Source: an uncultured Chloroflexia bacterium
GTDB taxonomy: Bacteria; Chloroflexota; Limnocylindria; Limnocylindrales; CSP1-4
Assembly (NCBI GenBank): GCA_963749735.1
Contig: CAVVNZ010000012.1
Span: forward strand, 12,555-76,554
Reading direction: 5' to 3'
Length of the DNA: 64,000 nucleotides
The notes under the pieces were generated by a model. It had not been told where the DNA came from. It made no database searches and saw only the letters and a program-made list of their open reading frames with translations. Of the stretch, positions 19,095 to 28,878 are shown piece after piece. Position 1 is the first letter of the stretch, and every line of letters starts with the position of its first letter. The position numbers and the translations under genes are program-made.

Positions 19095-20341
19095 TCGCCG
19101 GTCGGACCCTGGAGGGATCATCCGTGACCATCGACCGCTTCGACTTCCTGGCGACCGCTCCCGCCGAGCCGTTCGCCGATGCCAAGCGTCGGCTGGCGGC
19201 CGCGGTCCAGGCCAATCGGGACGAGATCGTCGGGCTGTCGCAGCGGATCCACGCCGACCCGGAGCCCGCCTTCGAGGAGGTCCACGCGTCGGCCTGGGTC
19301 GCCGAGGCGATCGCCCGTCACGGGTTCTCCGTCGAGCGCCCCGCCGGCAGCCTCAGGACCGCCGTGCGCGGGCGACTGGCCGGGGGCCGGGGAGGGGACC
19401 GCCCGAAGATCGGGATCCTCGCCGAGTACGACGCCCTGCCCGGCCTGGGCCACGGATGCGGCCACAACACGATGGCCGCGTCCGGGGTGGGGGCGGCGAT
19501 CGCTCTGGCGGCCCTTGCCCCGGAGCTCCCCGGTGAGATCGTGTTCCTCGGCACGCCGGCCGAGGAACGAGGGTCGGGCAAGGGGATCATGATCCGCGAC
19601 GGGCTGTTCGCCGATCTCGATGCCGCCCTGCTCTACCACCCGTCCGACGTCACCGGCGTCGAATGCCGGCTGCTCGCCAGCGAGGACATCTACGTGACGT
19701 TCCACGGCGAGCAGGCGCACGCCGCGTCGGACCCGTGGATGGGCCGGAACGCGCTCGACGCGCTGATCCTGCTGTTCGGCTCGGTCGGCCTGTGGCGCCA
19801 GCAGCTCAGGACCGACGCCCGCGTCCACGGCATCGTCCAGGAGGGCGGGACGGCCGCGAACATCATCCCGAGCCGGACGAAGGCCTGGTTCATGGTCCGC
19901 TCACCGCGCGAGGATGAGTACCTCGAGATGCGGGAGCGGTTCCGCCAGATGTGCGAGGCCGCGGCGCTGGCGACCGGCTGCACGGTCGAGGTGGTCTTCG
20001 AGGGCGGGGCCTCGACGATGCACCACAATCGGACGCTCGACCGGCGGTTCGTGGCCAACATGGAGGCCTACGGGATGCTGGACCGGCCGCCGGTCGACAA
20101 CCTCGGCTCGAGCGATATGGGCAACGTCAGCTTCGTCGTCCCGACGATCCACCCGTCGATCGCGATCTGCGATCCGGGCGTTCCCGGCCACTCGATCGAG
20201 TTCCGCGATCTCGCCGCGGCACCGCGGGCCGACGAGGTCACGCTGCTCGCCGCGACGCTGGTGGCGCAGACCGCCTACGAGCTGTTCGCCGATCCGGCGC
20301 TGGTCGAGGCGGCGTGGGAGGAGTTCCGCGGCGGGGCGTGA
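19091..20341 (+). CDS. M20D-family amidohydrolase (aminoacylase / AbgB-like)
   Basis: The ATG at 19091 overlaps the upstream stop (ATGA). An alternative GTG at 19124 follows a GGAGGG RBS. HADPEPAFEE...ILAEYDALPGLGHGCGHN...GTPAEE. Confidence 0.8.
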   Translation: MIAGRTLEGSSVTIDRFDFLATAPAEPFADAKRRLAAAVQANRDEIVGLSQRIHADPEPAFEEVHASAWVAEAIARHGFSVERPAGSLRTAVRGRLAGGRGGDRPKIGILAEYDALPGLGHGCGHNTMAASGVGAAIALAALAPELPGEIVFLGTPAEERGSGKGIMIRDGLFADLDAALLYHPSDVTGVECRLLASEDIYVTFHGEQAHAASDPWMGRNALDALILLFGSVGLWRQQLRTDARVHGIVQEGGTAANIIPSRTKAWFMVRSPREDEYLEMRERFRQMCEAAALATGCTVEVVFEGGASTMHHNRTLDRRFVANMEAYGMLDRPPVDNLGSSDMGNVSFVVPTIHPSIAICDPGVPGHSIEFRDLAAAPRADEVTLLAATLVAQTAYELFADPALVEAAWEEFRGGA

Positions 20342-20472
20342 ATCGGGTGGTACCATCGCCGCCGGCGCGCCCCGCTGGACGCTGGTTGCGAACCGGCGGC
20401 GCTCCAGAGACGGCTGAGCCCGAGCGACGGTCCGACGACCGCCTGCGCCGGCTGGTCTCCCGGAGGACTCCC

Positions 20473-21531
20473 ATGTCCGAGCGCCACGACCCCGATCCCT
20501 CGGCGGACTTCGCCGCGCTCAACGGCTGGGATCGGGACTACGAGACCTACTCCGACTTCGACCTGCCCACCTACGTCGGTCCGACCACGTTCATGAACCT
20601 GCCGTGGATCACCGACCCCGACGAGCTGCGCCGTCGCCGGACCGACGTCGCGATCGTCGGGGCGCCGTTCGACGACGCGGTGAGTCATCGCCCCGGCGCC
20701 CGGTTCGGTCCGCGGGCGATCCGGGAGGCGCAGTACACGTCCGGCTCCATCCACTCGCTCCAGCTCGGCGTCGAGCCGTTCGAGGTGCTCGACGTGGTCG
20801 ATGCCGGGGACGCGAACGTGATCCCGGCCTGGATCGACCGGGCCCACGCGCTGATCTATCGGAAGGTCCGCGAAGTCGCCGAGACGGGTGCCATCCCGAT
20901 CGTCCTCGGCGGCGACCATTCGATCACCTGGCCGTCGGCGACGGCGATCGCCGAGGTCCGCCGGCCCGGCTCGATCGGGATCGTCCATTTCGATGCCCAC
21001 GCCGACACGGCCAACGAGGACTGGGGCGTGCTCGCCGGACACGGGACGCCGATGCGTCGGCTGATCGAGTCCGGCGCGGTCGACGGGCGGAACTTCGTCC
21101 AGGTCGGGCTGCGCGGCTACTGGCCGCCGGTCGAGGTCTTCGAGTGGATGAAGGACCACGGCCTGCGCTACCACTTCATGACCGAGCTGGAGGACCGCGG
21201 CGCGGAAGCCGTGGTCGCGGACGCGATCGCCGAGGCGCTCGACGGCCCCGACTCGATCTACCTCAGCCTCGACATCGACGTGATCGATCCGGGGCTCGCG
21301 CCAGGGACAGGGACACCCGAACCGGGCGGGATGCTGACCCGCGAGGTGCTTCGGGCGATCCGCCAGATCGTCGGGGCCGTCGACCTGTGCGCGATGGACA
21401 TCGTCGAAGTGTCGCCGCCGTACGACCATGCCGAGACGACGGCGATGGCGGCCAATCGCGCCGCGCTCGAGGCGATCAGCGCCCTCGCCGTCAAGAAGCG
21501 TGCCGGCCGGACCGTCCGCTTCGAGCACTGA
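20473..21531 (+). CDS. Agmatinase / ureohydrolase (arginase superfamily)
   Basis: ATG at 20473 after a GGAGGA RBS. IVGAPFDDAVSHRPGARFGPRAIR, GGDHSITWP, VHFDAHADT and SLDIDVIDPGLAPGTGTPEPGG are the Mn-binding motifs. Confidence 0.85.
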   Translation: MSERHDPDPSADFAALNGWDRDYETYSDFDLPTYVGPTTFMNLPWITDPDELRRRRTDVAIVGAPFDDAVSHRPGARFGPRAIREAQYTSGSIHSLQLGVEPFEVLDVVDAGDANVIPAWIDRAHALIYRKVREVAETGAIPIVLGGDHSITWPSATAIAEVRRPGSIGIVHFDAHADTANEDWGVLAGHGTPMRRLIESGAVDGRNFVQVGLRGYWPPVEVFEWMKDHGLRYHFMTELEDRGAEAVVADAIAEALDGPDSIYLSLDIDVIDPGLAPGTGTPEPGGMLTREVLRAIRQIVGAVDLCAMDIVEVSPPYDHAETTAMAANRAALEAISALAVKKRAGRTVRFEH

Positions 21532-21551
21532 TCCCGGCGACCGGCAGCGGG

Positions 21552-21557
21552 TAGCAT
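21552..21557 (+). promoter_or_regulatory. -10 element TAGCAT 6 nt upstream of ATG 21564 (leaderless-type)
   Basis: TAGCAT-CGGGCC-ATG. Confidence 0.4.
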
Positions 21558-21563
21558 CGGGCC

Positions 21564-22346
21564 ATGCGTCCCCCACCTTCGCCGACCGCCGTGGCGCTCG
21601 CCCGGCTCTACGACGTCGACCTGCTCGAGGACCCCGGCGACCTGGACCTGCTCCTCGCGCTGGCCGAACGGGCGGACGGTCGGATCCTGGAGCTCGGGGT
21701 GGGGTCCGGGCGGCTGGCGGTGCCGCTCGCCGAGGCGGGCTGGTCGGTGACCGGGGTCGACAACGATCCGGCGATGCTTCGCCGGGCGCGCGCTCGGGCC
21801 GAGGCGGCCGGACCCGCGGTCGTCGATCGCCTCGAGCTCGTCGAGGCGAACGCCGCGGAGCTGCGGTCGCCGGCCCGCTATCGCCTGGCGTTCATCGCCC
21901 TCAACTCGCTGCTCGTGTTCGGGGACCGGACGGCCCAGGGCGCCGCGGTCGCGACGCTGGCCGACCATCTCGAACCGGGCGGCCTGTGCATGATCGACCT
22001 GTGGCTGCCGGACGCCGACGACCTGGCACGCTACGACGGCCGGATCTTCCTGGAGTACACCCGGGTCGACCCAGAGACCGGTCACATCGTGATCAAGACC
22101 GGATCGGCGCTCCACGACGCCGCGTCGCAGACCGTCCACCTCACCACGATCTTCGACGAGGGCGCCCAGGGCGAGCCGCCCGTCCGCTGGTCGAGGACCG
22201 ACCGGATCCGGCTCGTCGGTGCCGAAGAGCTCGTCGTCTTCGCCGAGGCGGCCGGCCTCGAGGTCGAGCTCATCGCCCGCGGCTACGACCTCGAGCCGAT
22301 GGGCCCGGGCGCGGATCGGGCGATCCTCGTCGCCACGCGCCCGTGA
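21564..22346 (+). CDS. Class I SAM-dependent methyltransferase
   Basis: ILELGVGSGRLAVPLAEAGWSVTGVDNDPAML is the SAM-binding motif I plus the acidic loop. Confidence 0.75.
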   Translation: MRPPPSPTAVALARLYDVDLLEDPGDLDLLLALAERADGRILELGVGSGRLAVPLAEAGWSVTGVDNDPAMLRRARARAEAAGPAVVDRLELVEANAAELRSPARYRLAFIALNSLLVFGDRTAQGAAVATLADHLEPGGLCMIDLWLPDADDLARYDGRIFLEYTRVDPETGHIVIKTGSALHDAASQTVHLTTIFDEGAQGEPPVRWSRTDRIRLVGAEELVVFAEAAGLEVELIARGYDLEPMGPGADRAILVATRP

Positions 22347-23368
22347 CCGGGCCGGGGTTCGATCCGCGACGATCGCCAGGTCCGACGATCGTCATCGTCA
22401 ACCCGAAGGCCTCCCGGCTCCGGAACGTCCAGCGCGGCGCGGCGATCATGGCCGGCGTGGACGAGTGGGTCCGGTCGGCGACCGGACGGGCACCCATCGT
22501 CGTCCGGGTCGAGGACGCCGGCTCGATCGATGCGGCCGGCCACGATGCGGTCCGGGCGGGCGCGGGACTCGTCATCGCGGTCGGCGGCGACGGGACCGTA
22601 GCGGCCCTGACGGCGGACCTGGCCGGGTCGGGCATCCCGCTCGCGATCGTCCCCGGCGGGACGGGCAACGTCCTGGCGACCGCGCTGCGGATCCCGGACA
22701 GCCCGGCCAGGGCGGTGGCCGGGCTGTCCGACGGGGTGCGCCGATCGATCGACCTCGGATCGGCCCTCCTGCCGAGCGCGACGTCCGGCGGAGCGGATGA
22801 CCACCCGGCCGTCGATGACGACGAAGCCGGTCCGATCGCGGTCCCGAGCCGGCTCTTCGCGGTCGCCGCGGGCGTCGGCTGGGACGCCCGGGTCATGGCG
22901 GCCACGGCCGGAGCCGACAAGCATCGCCTCGGTCGGCTCGCCTACTGGGTGGCGGCGCTCGGCCTGCTCGGCAAGATGCGCCCATCGCCGTATCTCATCG
23001 AGGTCGATGGTGACCGGCTCGAGCTTGAGGCCACGGTCGCCCTGGTCGCCAATGCGGGGGAGCTGATCCCGGGTCTCGTCCGCCCGCGCCTGCCGATCGT
23101 CCCGGACGACGGCCTGCTCGACCTCCTCGTGCTCCGCGTCGCCAGCGTGACGGGCGGGATCCGCGGCGCGCTCGAGCTGCTCGATCGGACGGATCTCGGT
23201 GGGTCACCGTCCGGGGCGGCGTTCCGTGCTCGCGGCCGGGTCATCCGCATCGAGGCGATGCCCGCCCAGCCCCGCCAGGTCGACGGCGACGGTCACGGGG
23301 CGGGGATCCTCGAGGCGAGCGTCCGACCGGGCGCACTCGACGTGATCGTCCCGAGGACCGACCCATGA
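22343..23368 (+). CDS. Diacylglycerol/lipid kinase family protein (YegS-like)
   Basis: The GTG at 22343 overlaps the upstream stop (GTGA). VIAVGGDGTVAALTADL and AIVPGGTGNVLA motifs. Confidence 0.8.
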   Translation: MTGPGFDPRRSPGPTIVIVNPKASRLRNVQRGAAIMAGVDEWVRSATGRAPIVVRVEDAGSIDAAGHDAVRAGAGLVIAVGGDGTVAALTADLAGSGIPLAIVPGGTGNVLATALRIPDSPARAVAGLSDGVRRSIDLGSALLPSATSGGADDHPAVDDDEAGPIAVPSRLFAVAAGVGWDARVMAATAGADKHRLGRLAYWVAALGLLGKMRPSPYLIEVDGDRLELEATVALVANAGELIPGLVRPRLPIVPDDGLLDLLVLRVASVTGGIRGALELLDRTDLGGSPSGAAFRARGRVIRIEAMPAQPRQVDGDGHGAGILEASVRPGALDVIVPRTDP

Positions 23369-23401
23369 CCTCCGGGTACGCGTCAAGCGCCGACGTCGGC
23401 T

Positions 23402-23410
23402 TGGTATAGT
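23402..23410 (+). promoter_or_regulatory. Extended -10 element TGGTATAGT 6 nt upstream of GTG 23417 (leaderless-type)
   Basis: TGg-TATAGT-CCGAAC-GTG. Confidence 0.5.
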
Positions 23411-23416
23411 CCGAAC

Positions 23417-24565
23417 GTGGCCGCATCCGATCAGGTCCGCTTGCTCGTCGTCGAGGACGTCCCCCAGGTCGGGCAGTACATCCGGAGCCTGCTGAACTCG
23501 CAGCAGCAGATCAAGCTCCTGGACGTCATGTCCGATGGGGCGAAGGTCGCCGGCCAGATCGCCCAGCTCCGACCCGACGTGGTGATCGTCGACGCGCTGC
23601 TCCAGGGCCGGGTCAAGGGCCCGCAGCTCATCGGCCAGCTCCACGCCGCCGGGCTCGGCGTCCCGGTGATCGTGCTGACCGTGCCGCAGAAGCCGATCGA
23701 GGCCGATCCCGACATCGGCGTCCATGCCGTGCTGTCGATGCCGTTCTCCGGGTACGACCTGATCAGCCGGATCCACGGGGTCCAGGCCGCGTTCCGTGAG
23801 ACGCAGGCGGTCGGCAACTCCCGCCTGATCACGGTCTTCGCCCCGAAGGGCGGGGTGGGGACCACGACGATCGCGCTCAACCTCGCCGTGGCCATCGGCC
23901 AGGCCGGCCGGCGGACGGCCCTCATCGACGGGAGCCTGCAGTTCGGCGACCTGCGGGCGCTGCTCAAGGTCCCGATGAGCGCGCCGTCCATCGTCGACCT
24001 GCCGACCGACCGGATCGCCGAGGGCGACCTGTCCGATGTCCTGTGGCGCGACCCGTCCGGCATCGACATCCTGCTCGCGCCACCGCGGGTCGAGCAGCAC
24101 GAGATGATCAGCGTCCGCGACCTGGACAAGATCCTGTCGCTGATGCGGCGCGTCTACGACGTCATCGTGATCGACACGACGGTCGGCATCGACGAACGGA
24201 CGCTCGCCCTGCTCGACGCCTCCGACACCATCGTCGAGATCGTGACGTTCGACTCGACGACGATCCACAACACGCTGGTGATGGCCGACACGTTCCGCTC
24301 GCTCGGCTACCCGCCGACCAAGGTCCGCTACCTCGTCAACCGCGCCGACTCCGCCGGCGGCATCGCCGAGCAGGACCTGGCCGCCGCCATCGGCCGCGTC
24401 CCGGAGCACCGGGTGGTGTCGGATGGACGGCTCGTCGTCCAGTCGAACAACGAGGGCGTGCCGTTCGTCCTGGCCGAGCCGTCGGCACAGATCAGCCAGG
24501 ACGTCATCGGGATCGCCGCTGCGCTTCTGGCCGCCGATCGTCCCGTCGTCGGGGCACGTCACTGA
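23417..24565 (+). CDS. Receiver-like domain fused to a CpaE/TadZ/MinD-type ATPase (paralog 1; receiver lacks the conserved Lys)
   Basis: LLVVEDVP..., DVVIVDALL, VIVLT, but VLSMPF where KPF is expected. Deviant Walker A: VFAPKGGVGTTTIALNLA. Confidence 0.75.
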   Translation: MAASDQVRLLVVEDVPQVGQYIRSLLNSQQQIKLLDVMSDGAKVAGQIAQLRPDVVIVDALLQGRVKGPQLIGQLHAAGLGVPVIVLTVPQKPIEADPDIGVHAVLSMPFSGYDLISRIHGVQAAFRETQAVGNSRLITVFAPKGGVGTTTIALNLAVAIGQAGRRTALIDGSLQFGDLRALLKVPMSAPSIVDLPTDRIAEGDLSDVLWRDPSGIDILLAPPRVEQHEMISVRDLDKILSLMRRVYDVIVIDTTVGIDERTLALLDASDTIVEIVTFDSTTIHNTLVMADTFRSLGYPPTKVRYLVNRADSAGGIAEQDLAAAIGRVPEHRVVSDGRLVVQSNNEGVPFVLAEPSAQISQDVIGIAAALLAADRPVVGARH

Positions 24566-24566
24566 C

Positions 24567-25430
24567 GTGACGGACCCGCGACCGATCGGCGTCTTCGACT
24601 CCGGGGTCGGCGGGCTGACGGTCCTCCGCGAGATCACCCGTCGGCTGCCGGCCGAGTCGACCGTCTACCTCGGCGACAACGCCCGGGCTCCCTACGGGAC
24701 CCGCAGCGACGAGGAGGTCCTGCGCTTCACCCGTCAGGCCGTCGACACGCTCCTCGAACGCGACGTCAAGCTCGTCGTGATCGCCTGCAACACGTCGACG
24801 GCGGTCGCCTTGGCCGACCTCCGCCGGCGCTATCCGCTGCCGATCCTCGGCGTGATCCGCCCCGGGGCGGCCGCTGCCGTCCTCGCCAGCCGGGTCCGCC
24901 GCGTCGGCGTCATCGCCACGCCGGCGACGGTCCGGTCCCACGCCTACTTCAACGCGATCAAGGAGGAGAACCCCGCCGTCGAGGTCTACGAGCACGCGAC
25001 ACCCGCGCTCGTCCCGATGGTCGAGGCGGGTCTGCTCAGTGGGCGCGATGTCGAGGCCACGGTCCGCGAGTCGCTCGCCCCGCTCCTCGGCGAGCGGGAT
25101 GCGTCCGGCGAGTTCATCTTCCCGCTGCCGTCGTCCGCCCGGATCGACACGCTCCTGCTCGGGTGCACGCACTACCCCCTCCTGCGGCCGATCCTGGAGG
25201 CGGTGGCCGGGGAGCGTGTCGCCGTGGTCGATTCGGCGACGGCCACCGCCTCGGCCCTGGTGGACCTCCTGGCGATGAACGCGCTCGATGTCCCCAGCCC
25301 CGGGGATCGGGCGACCCACATCCAGCTGACGACGGGCGACGCCGTCGCCTTCCACGACCTCGCGCGGCAGCTCTTCGGCGACGGGTTCGCCGACGTCCAG
25401 ACCGTCGCGCTGCAGGGATCCGCGGCGTGA
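24567..25430 (+). CDS. murI: Glutamate racemase
   Basis: GTG at 24567, 1 nt after the upstream stop. IGVFDSGVGGLTVL, VIACNTSTA and LGCTHYPLL are the catalytic Cys motifs. Confidence 0.9.
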   Translation: MTDPRPIGVFDSGVGGLTVLREITRRLPAESTVYLGDNARAPYGTRSDEEVLRFTRQAVDTLLERDVKLVVIACNTSTAVALADLRRRYPLPILGVIRPGAAAAVLASRVRRVGVIATPATVRSHAYFNAIKEENPAVEVYEHATPALVPMVEAGLLSGRDVEATVRESLAPLLGERDASGEFIFPLPSSARIDTLLLGCTHYPLLRPILEAVAGERVAVVDSATATASALVDLLAMNALDVPSPGDRATHIQLTTGDAVAFHDLARQLFGDGFADVQTVALQGSAA

Positions 25431-26629
25431 GCCGGAACGACGGCACGGGCCGCGGCGGGGCCCGCGACGATCGGGTCTGGCAGGCGGGTTTCCTCGTCGG
25501 GTCGGCGCTCGGCGTCGCGGCCACGGTCGTCGGTCGCCGGATGGAGCGCTCGGCGCGACGCGGGCTGGTCGACTGGCCTGCTGCCGAGCGGGTGGCCGCG
25601 GGACGGCTGCGGAATGCCCCCGGATCGCTGACCCCGGCCGAGCTCGCCGCCGCCGAGCCCGCCTACGCCGAGACGATGGCCCGGATCGTGCCGCGCCTGA
25701 GCGCCGAGCTGGGGACCGAGCTGCCGGGGGTCGTGGCGCGGTCCGGCGTCGTCGACCGCGCGGGCTGGGTGCGGGCCAATTCGGCGAGCTTCGCCCAGCT
25801 CATCGGCAAGCTCGAGGGCACGCTGCTCGACCAGATCCTGCCTCCCGGCGGTGGGATCGGGCAGGCCGGCATCGCGCTGGCCAATCGCTGGGTCACGACC
25901 CGGCAGATCGGGTTCATGCTCGGGTTCATGGGGACCCGTGTCCTCGGCCAGTACGACCTCGCCCTCCTGAGCGCCGAGACGACCCCGGGGCGGCTCCTGT
26001 TCGTCGAGGAGAACATCCGCCAGACCGCGCGGAACCTGGGCGTGCCGCTCGAGGCGTTCCGGACCTGGATCGCCCTCCACGAAACGACCCACGCCTTCGA
26101 GTTCGAGGCGCACCCGTGGCTCCGGCCCTATCTGGCAGACCGGCTCGAGCGGCAGCTGGCGGGGTTCTCGGGCGGGACCAAGCGGATCGCCCCGGAGATG
26201 CTCCGCCGGGTGGGCCGGTCCCTCCGCGGGGAAGCCGCCGGCGAGCACTGGATGGAGCGCCTGATGAGCGACGAGCAGCGGCGGCTGTTCCGCGAGACCC
26301 AGGCCGTGATGAGCCTGCTCGAGGGCTTCAGCGACTACATCATGGACGAGGTCGGTCGTGACCTCGTGCCCGACGTCGAGCGCATCAGCGAGCGGTTCCA
26401 CGCCCGCCGCGAGCAGCGCAAGTCGGGCTTCGAGCGGGCGATCATGCGGCTCACCGGGATGGACATGAAGCTGGAGCAGTACAAGAAGGGCGAGCGGTTC
26501 GTCGCGGCGATCGCCGCCGCCGGGGGCAAGCCCGCGCTGGAACGGCTGTGGGCCGGGCCGGAGTCGCTGCCCCGCGATGGCGAGATCGAGGCGCCCGATC
26601 GCTGGCTCGCCCGCGTCATGGCCTCCTGA
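25427..26629 (+). CDS. DUF2342-type zinc metalloprotease-like protein (HExxH)
   Basis: The GTG at 25427 overlaps the murI stop (GTGA). FVEENIRQTA...WIALHETTHAFEF...LMSLLEGFSDYIMDEVG. Confidence 0.7.
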   Translation: MSRNDGTGRGGARDDRVWQAGFLVGSALGVAATVVGRRMERSARRGLVDWPAAERVAAGRLRNAPGSLTPAELAAAEPAYAETMARIVPRLSAELGTELPGVVARSGVVDRAGWVRANSASFAQLIGKLEGTLLDQILPPGGGIGQAGIALANRWVTTRQIGFMLGFMGTRVLGQYDLALLSAETTPGRLLFVEENIRQTARNLGVPLEAFRTWIALHETTHAFEFEAHPWLRPYLADRLERQLAGFSGGTKRIAPEMLRRVGRSLRGEAAGEHWMERLMSDEQRRLFRETQAVMSLLEGFSDYIMDEVGRDLVPDVERISERFHARREQRKSGFERAIMRLTGMDMKLEQYKKGERFVAAIAAAGGKPALERLWAGPESLPRDGEIEAPDRWLARVMAS

Positions 26630-26639
26630 GTCGCCTCGG

Positions 26640-27722
26640 ATGAGCCCGAGCGGGACGGCCGGTCCGGGTCGGGGCCCAGGGGGCGCACCGGCGGCGATCG
26701 CCCTCAGCCCGATCCTGTCGGCGCGCTACCGCGGTCGGGACCTGGAACGGATCCGGATCGCTGCGCCGGGGGCCCGGCTGGTCACGGTGTCGATCGAGGG
26801 CCTCGCCGACGGCCCGCTCGACGACGTCGAGGTCCTCCTGCGCGGCTTCCTGTCGGCGGAGGCGTTCGACCGCCTCCTGGCACGGTCGCCCCGCCTGACC
26901 TGGGTCCACTCGGCGTCGGCCGGGGTGGAGCGCGTCCTGACCGCCGCCGGCCGCGAGCGCGGCCTGGTCGTGACCAACGCCCGCGGCGTGTTCAGCGACC
27001 CGATCGCCGAGTACGTGCTGATGATGATCCTGGCCGTCAGCCGCCGGTTGCCCCAGCTCCTCGAGCTCCAGCGCGAGCGGACCTGGCAGCCGCTCGAGGG
27101 TGCCGAGCTGCACGACGTCACGATCGGGATCGTCGGCCTCGGGTCGATCGGGACGGCGGTCGCCCGGCTGGCCGCCGCCTTCGGCTGCCGGGTCGTCGCG
27201 ACCCGTCGTCGGTCGGAGCCGGACGACCCATCGGCGAGCGGCGGTGAGGACGCCGCTGGCGCCGAGGACGCTCGACCGTCGGCCGGGCTCCCACCCGGCG
27301 TCGAGCGGCTGACGGGCCCGGAGGGGCTGGCCGAGCTGCTGGCGGAGTCGGACTTCATCGTGCTCGCGGCTCCGTTGACCCCGGCGACCGAGGGGATGAT
27401 CGACGAGGCGGCGCTCGCGTCGGTCAAGCCCGGTGCCTGGCTGATCAACGTCGCGCGCGGTCGGCTGGTCGACGAGCGGGCCCTCCTTCGAGCGCTGCGT
27501 GACGGTCCACTCGGCGGTGCCGTCCTCGACACGTTCCGCGAGGAGCCGCTCCTGCCGGGATCGCCCTTCTACGATCTGCCGAACGTCATCGTGACTCCCC
27601 ACACCTCGTGGTCGAGCGGTCGCGTGCTCGATCGCAGCGTCGAGCTGTTCTGCGACAACCTCACCCGATACGCGCGCGGCGAACCGCTACTCAACGTCGT
27701 CGACCCGAGCGTCGGGTACTGA
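26640..27722 (+). CDS. D-isomer-specific 2-hydroxyacid dehydrogenase family protein
   Basis: GIVGLGSIGTAVARLA NAD motif; NVARGRLVDERAL; VIVTPHTSW. It contains a Gly/Ala/Asp-rich insertion after the NAD-binding strand. Confidence 0.8.
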   Translation: MSPSGTAGPGRGPGGAPAAIALSPILSARYRGRDLERIRIAAPGARLVTVSIEGLADGPLDDVEVLLRGFLSAEAFDRLLARSPRLTWVHSASAGVERVLTAAGRERGLVVTNARGVFSDPIAEYVLMMILAVSRRLPQLLELQRERTWQPLEGAELHDVTIGIVGLGSIGTAVARLAAAFGCRVVATRRRSEPDDPSASGGEDAAGAEDARPSAGLPPGVERLTGPEGLAELLAESDFIVLAAPLTPATEGMIDEAALASVKPGAWLINVARGRLVDERALLRALRDGPLGGAVLDTFREEPLLPGSPFYDLPNVIVTPHTSWSSGRVLDRSVELFCDNLTRYARGEPLLNVVDPSVGY

Positions 27723-27747
27723 TCCGACAGTCGCCCCCCGGGTCGGA

Positions 27748-27753
27748 CACAAT
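27748..27753 (+). promoter_or_regulatory. Candidate -10 element CACAAT 6 nt upstream of ATG 27760 (leaderless-type)
   Basis: CACAAT-CAGCGG-ATG. Confidence 0.3.
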
Positions 27754-27759
27754 CAGCGG

Positions 27760-28863
27760 ATGCAGATCGCCATCGTCGGACTTGCCGCCGCGGGCAAGAC
27801 GACCGTCTTCAACACGCTGACCCGCGGCCATGCCGAGACCGGTGGCTACGGCGGCATCCAGCTCAACGTCGGGGTCGTCAAGGTCCCGGACGACCGGCTC
27901 GACCGGCTGGCGGAGATCTTCAAGCCGAAGAAGATCGTCCACGCCGACGTCACCTACGTCGACCTCCCCGCACCGCCGGCCTCGAGCGAGGGCCGGGTCG
28001 GGACCGAGGAGCTGCCGGCGGAGCACCTCGCCCGGCTGCGCGACTCGGACGCCCTCCTCCACGTGGTCCGGGCGTTCGAGGACCCGTCGATCCCGCACGC
28101 CGAGGGGTCGGTCGATCCATGGCGGGACCTCGAACGGCTCGACCTCGAGTTCATCCTGGCGGACCTGGCGATGACCGAGCGACGGCTCGACCGGCTCAAG
28201 GCCACCGGACGCCACGGGTCGCAGGCAGAGCGCGATGCCAACGAGCGAGAGGAGGTCATCCTCAGGAGGATCCACGAGGCGCTCGTGGAGGGCCGGCCGA
28301 TCCGGGACATCGACCTCCCGGCGGACGACGAGAAGGCGATCCGCGGGTTCCGCTTCCTGACCCAGAAGCCCGTCCTCGTCCTGCTCAACGTCGGCGAGGG
28401 GGACATCCCCCGGGAGGCGGCGATCGTCGGCGCGATCGCGGATCGCTATGCGCACGCCCATGCCCTCGTCGACGCGCTCTCGGCCAAGATCGAGATGGAG
28501 CTGGGCGAGCTCGATCCCGACGAGGCGGCGGTCTTCACGGACGAACTCGGTCTCCACGGGTCGAGCCTCGACCGCGTGATCGCCCTGTCCTACCGGCTCC
28601 TGGGGCTGATCAGCTTCCTGACCGCCGGACCCGACGAGGTGCGGGCCTGGCCGATCCCGGACGGCTCGAACGCGGTCGATGCGGCGGCGGCCATCCACAC
28701 CGACCTGGCCAGGGGGTTCATCCGCGCCGAGACCGTGTCGTACGAGGACCTGCTCCAGCTGCGCTCGACGGCCGAGGCCCGCAAGCACGGGAAGCTGCGC
28801 TCGGAGGGCAAGACGTATGTCGTCCGCGACGGCGACGTGATCGAGGTCCTGTTCAGCCGCTGA
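27760..28863 (+). CDS. ychF: YchF/Obg-like ribosome-binding ATPase
   Basis: MQIAIVGLAAAGKTTVFNTLT P-loop. C-terminal TGS-like end: GFIRAETVSYEDL...EGKTYVVRDGDVIEVLF. Confidence 0.85.
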   Translation: MQIAIVGLAAAGKTTVFNTLTRGHAETGGYGGIQLNVGVVKVPDDRLDRLAEIFKPKKIVHADVTYVDLPAPPASSEGRVGTEELPAEHLARLRDSDALLHVVRAFEDPSIPHAEGSVDPWRDLERLDLEFILADLAMTERRLDRLKATGRHGSQAERDANEREEVILRRIHEALVEGRPIRDIDLPADDEKAIRGFRFLTQKPVLVLLNVGEGDIPREAAIVGAIADRYAHAHALVDALSAKIEMELGELDPDEAAVFTDELGLHGSSLDRVIALSYRLLGLISFLTAGPDEVRAWPIPDGSNAVDAAAAIHTDLARGFIRAETVSYEDLLQLRSTAEARKHGKLRSEGKTYVVRDGDVIEVLFSR

Positions 28864-28878
28864 GCCCGGCCTCGGCGA

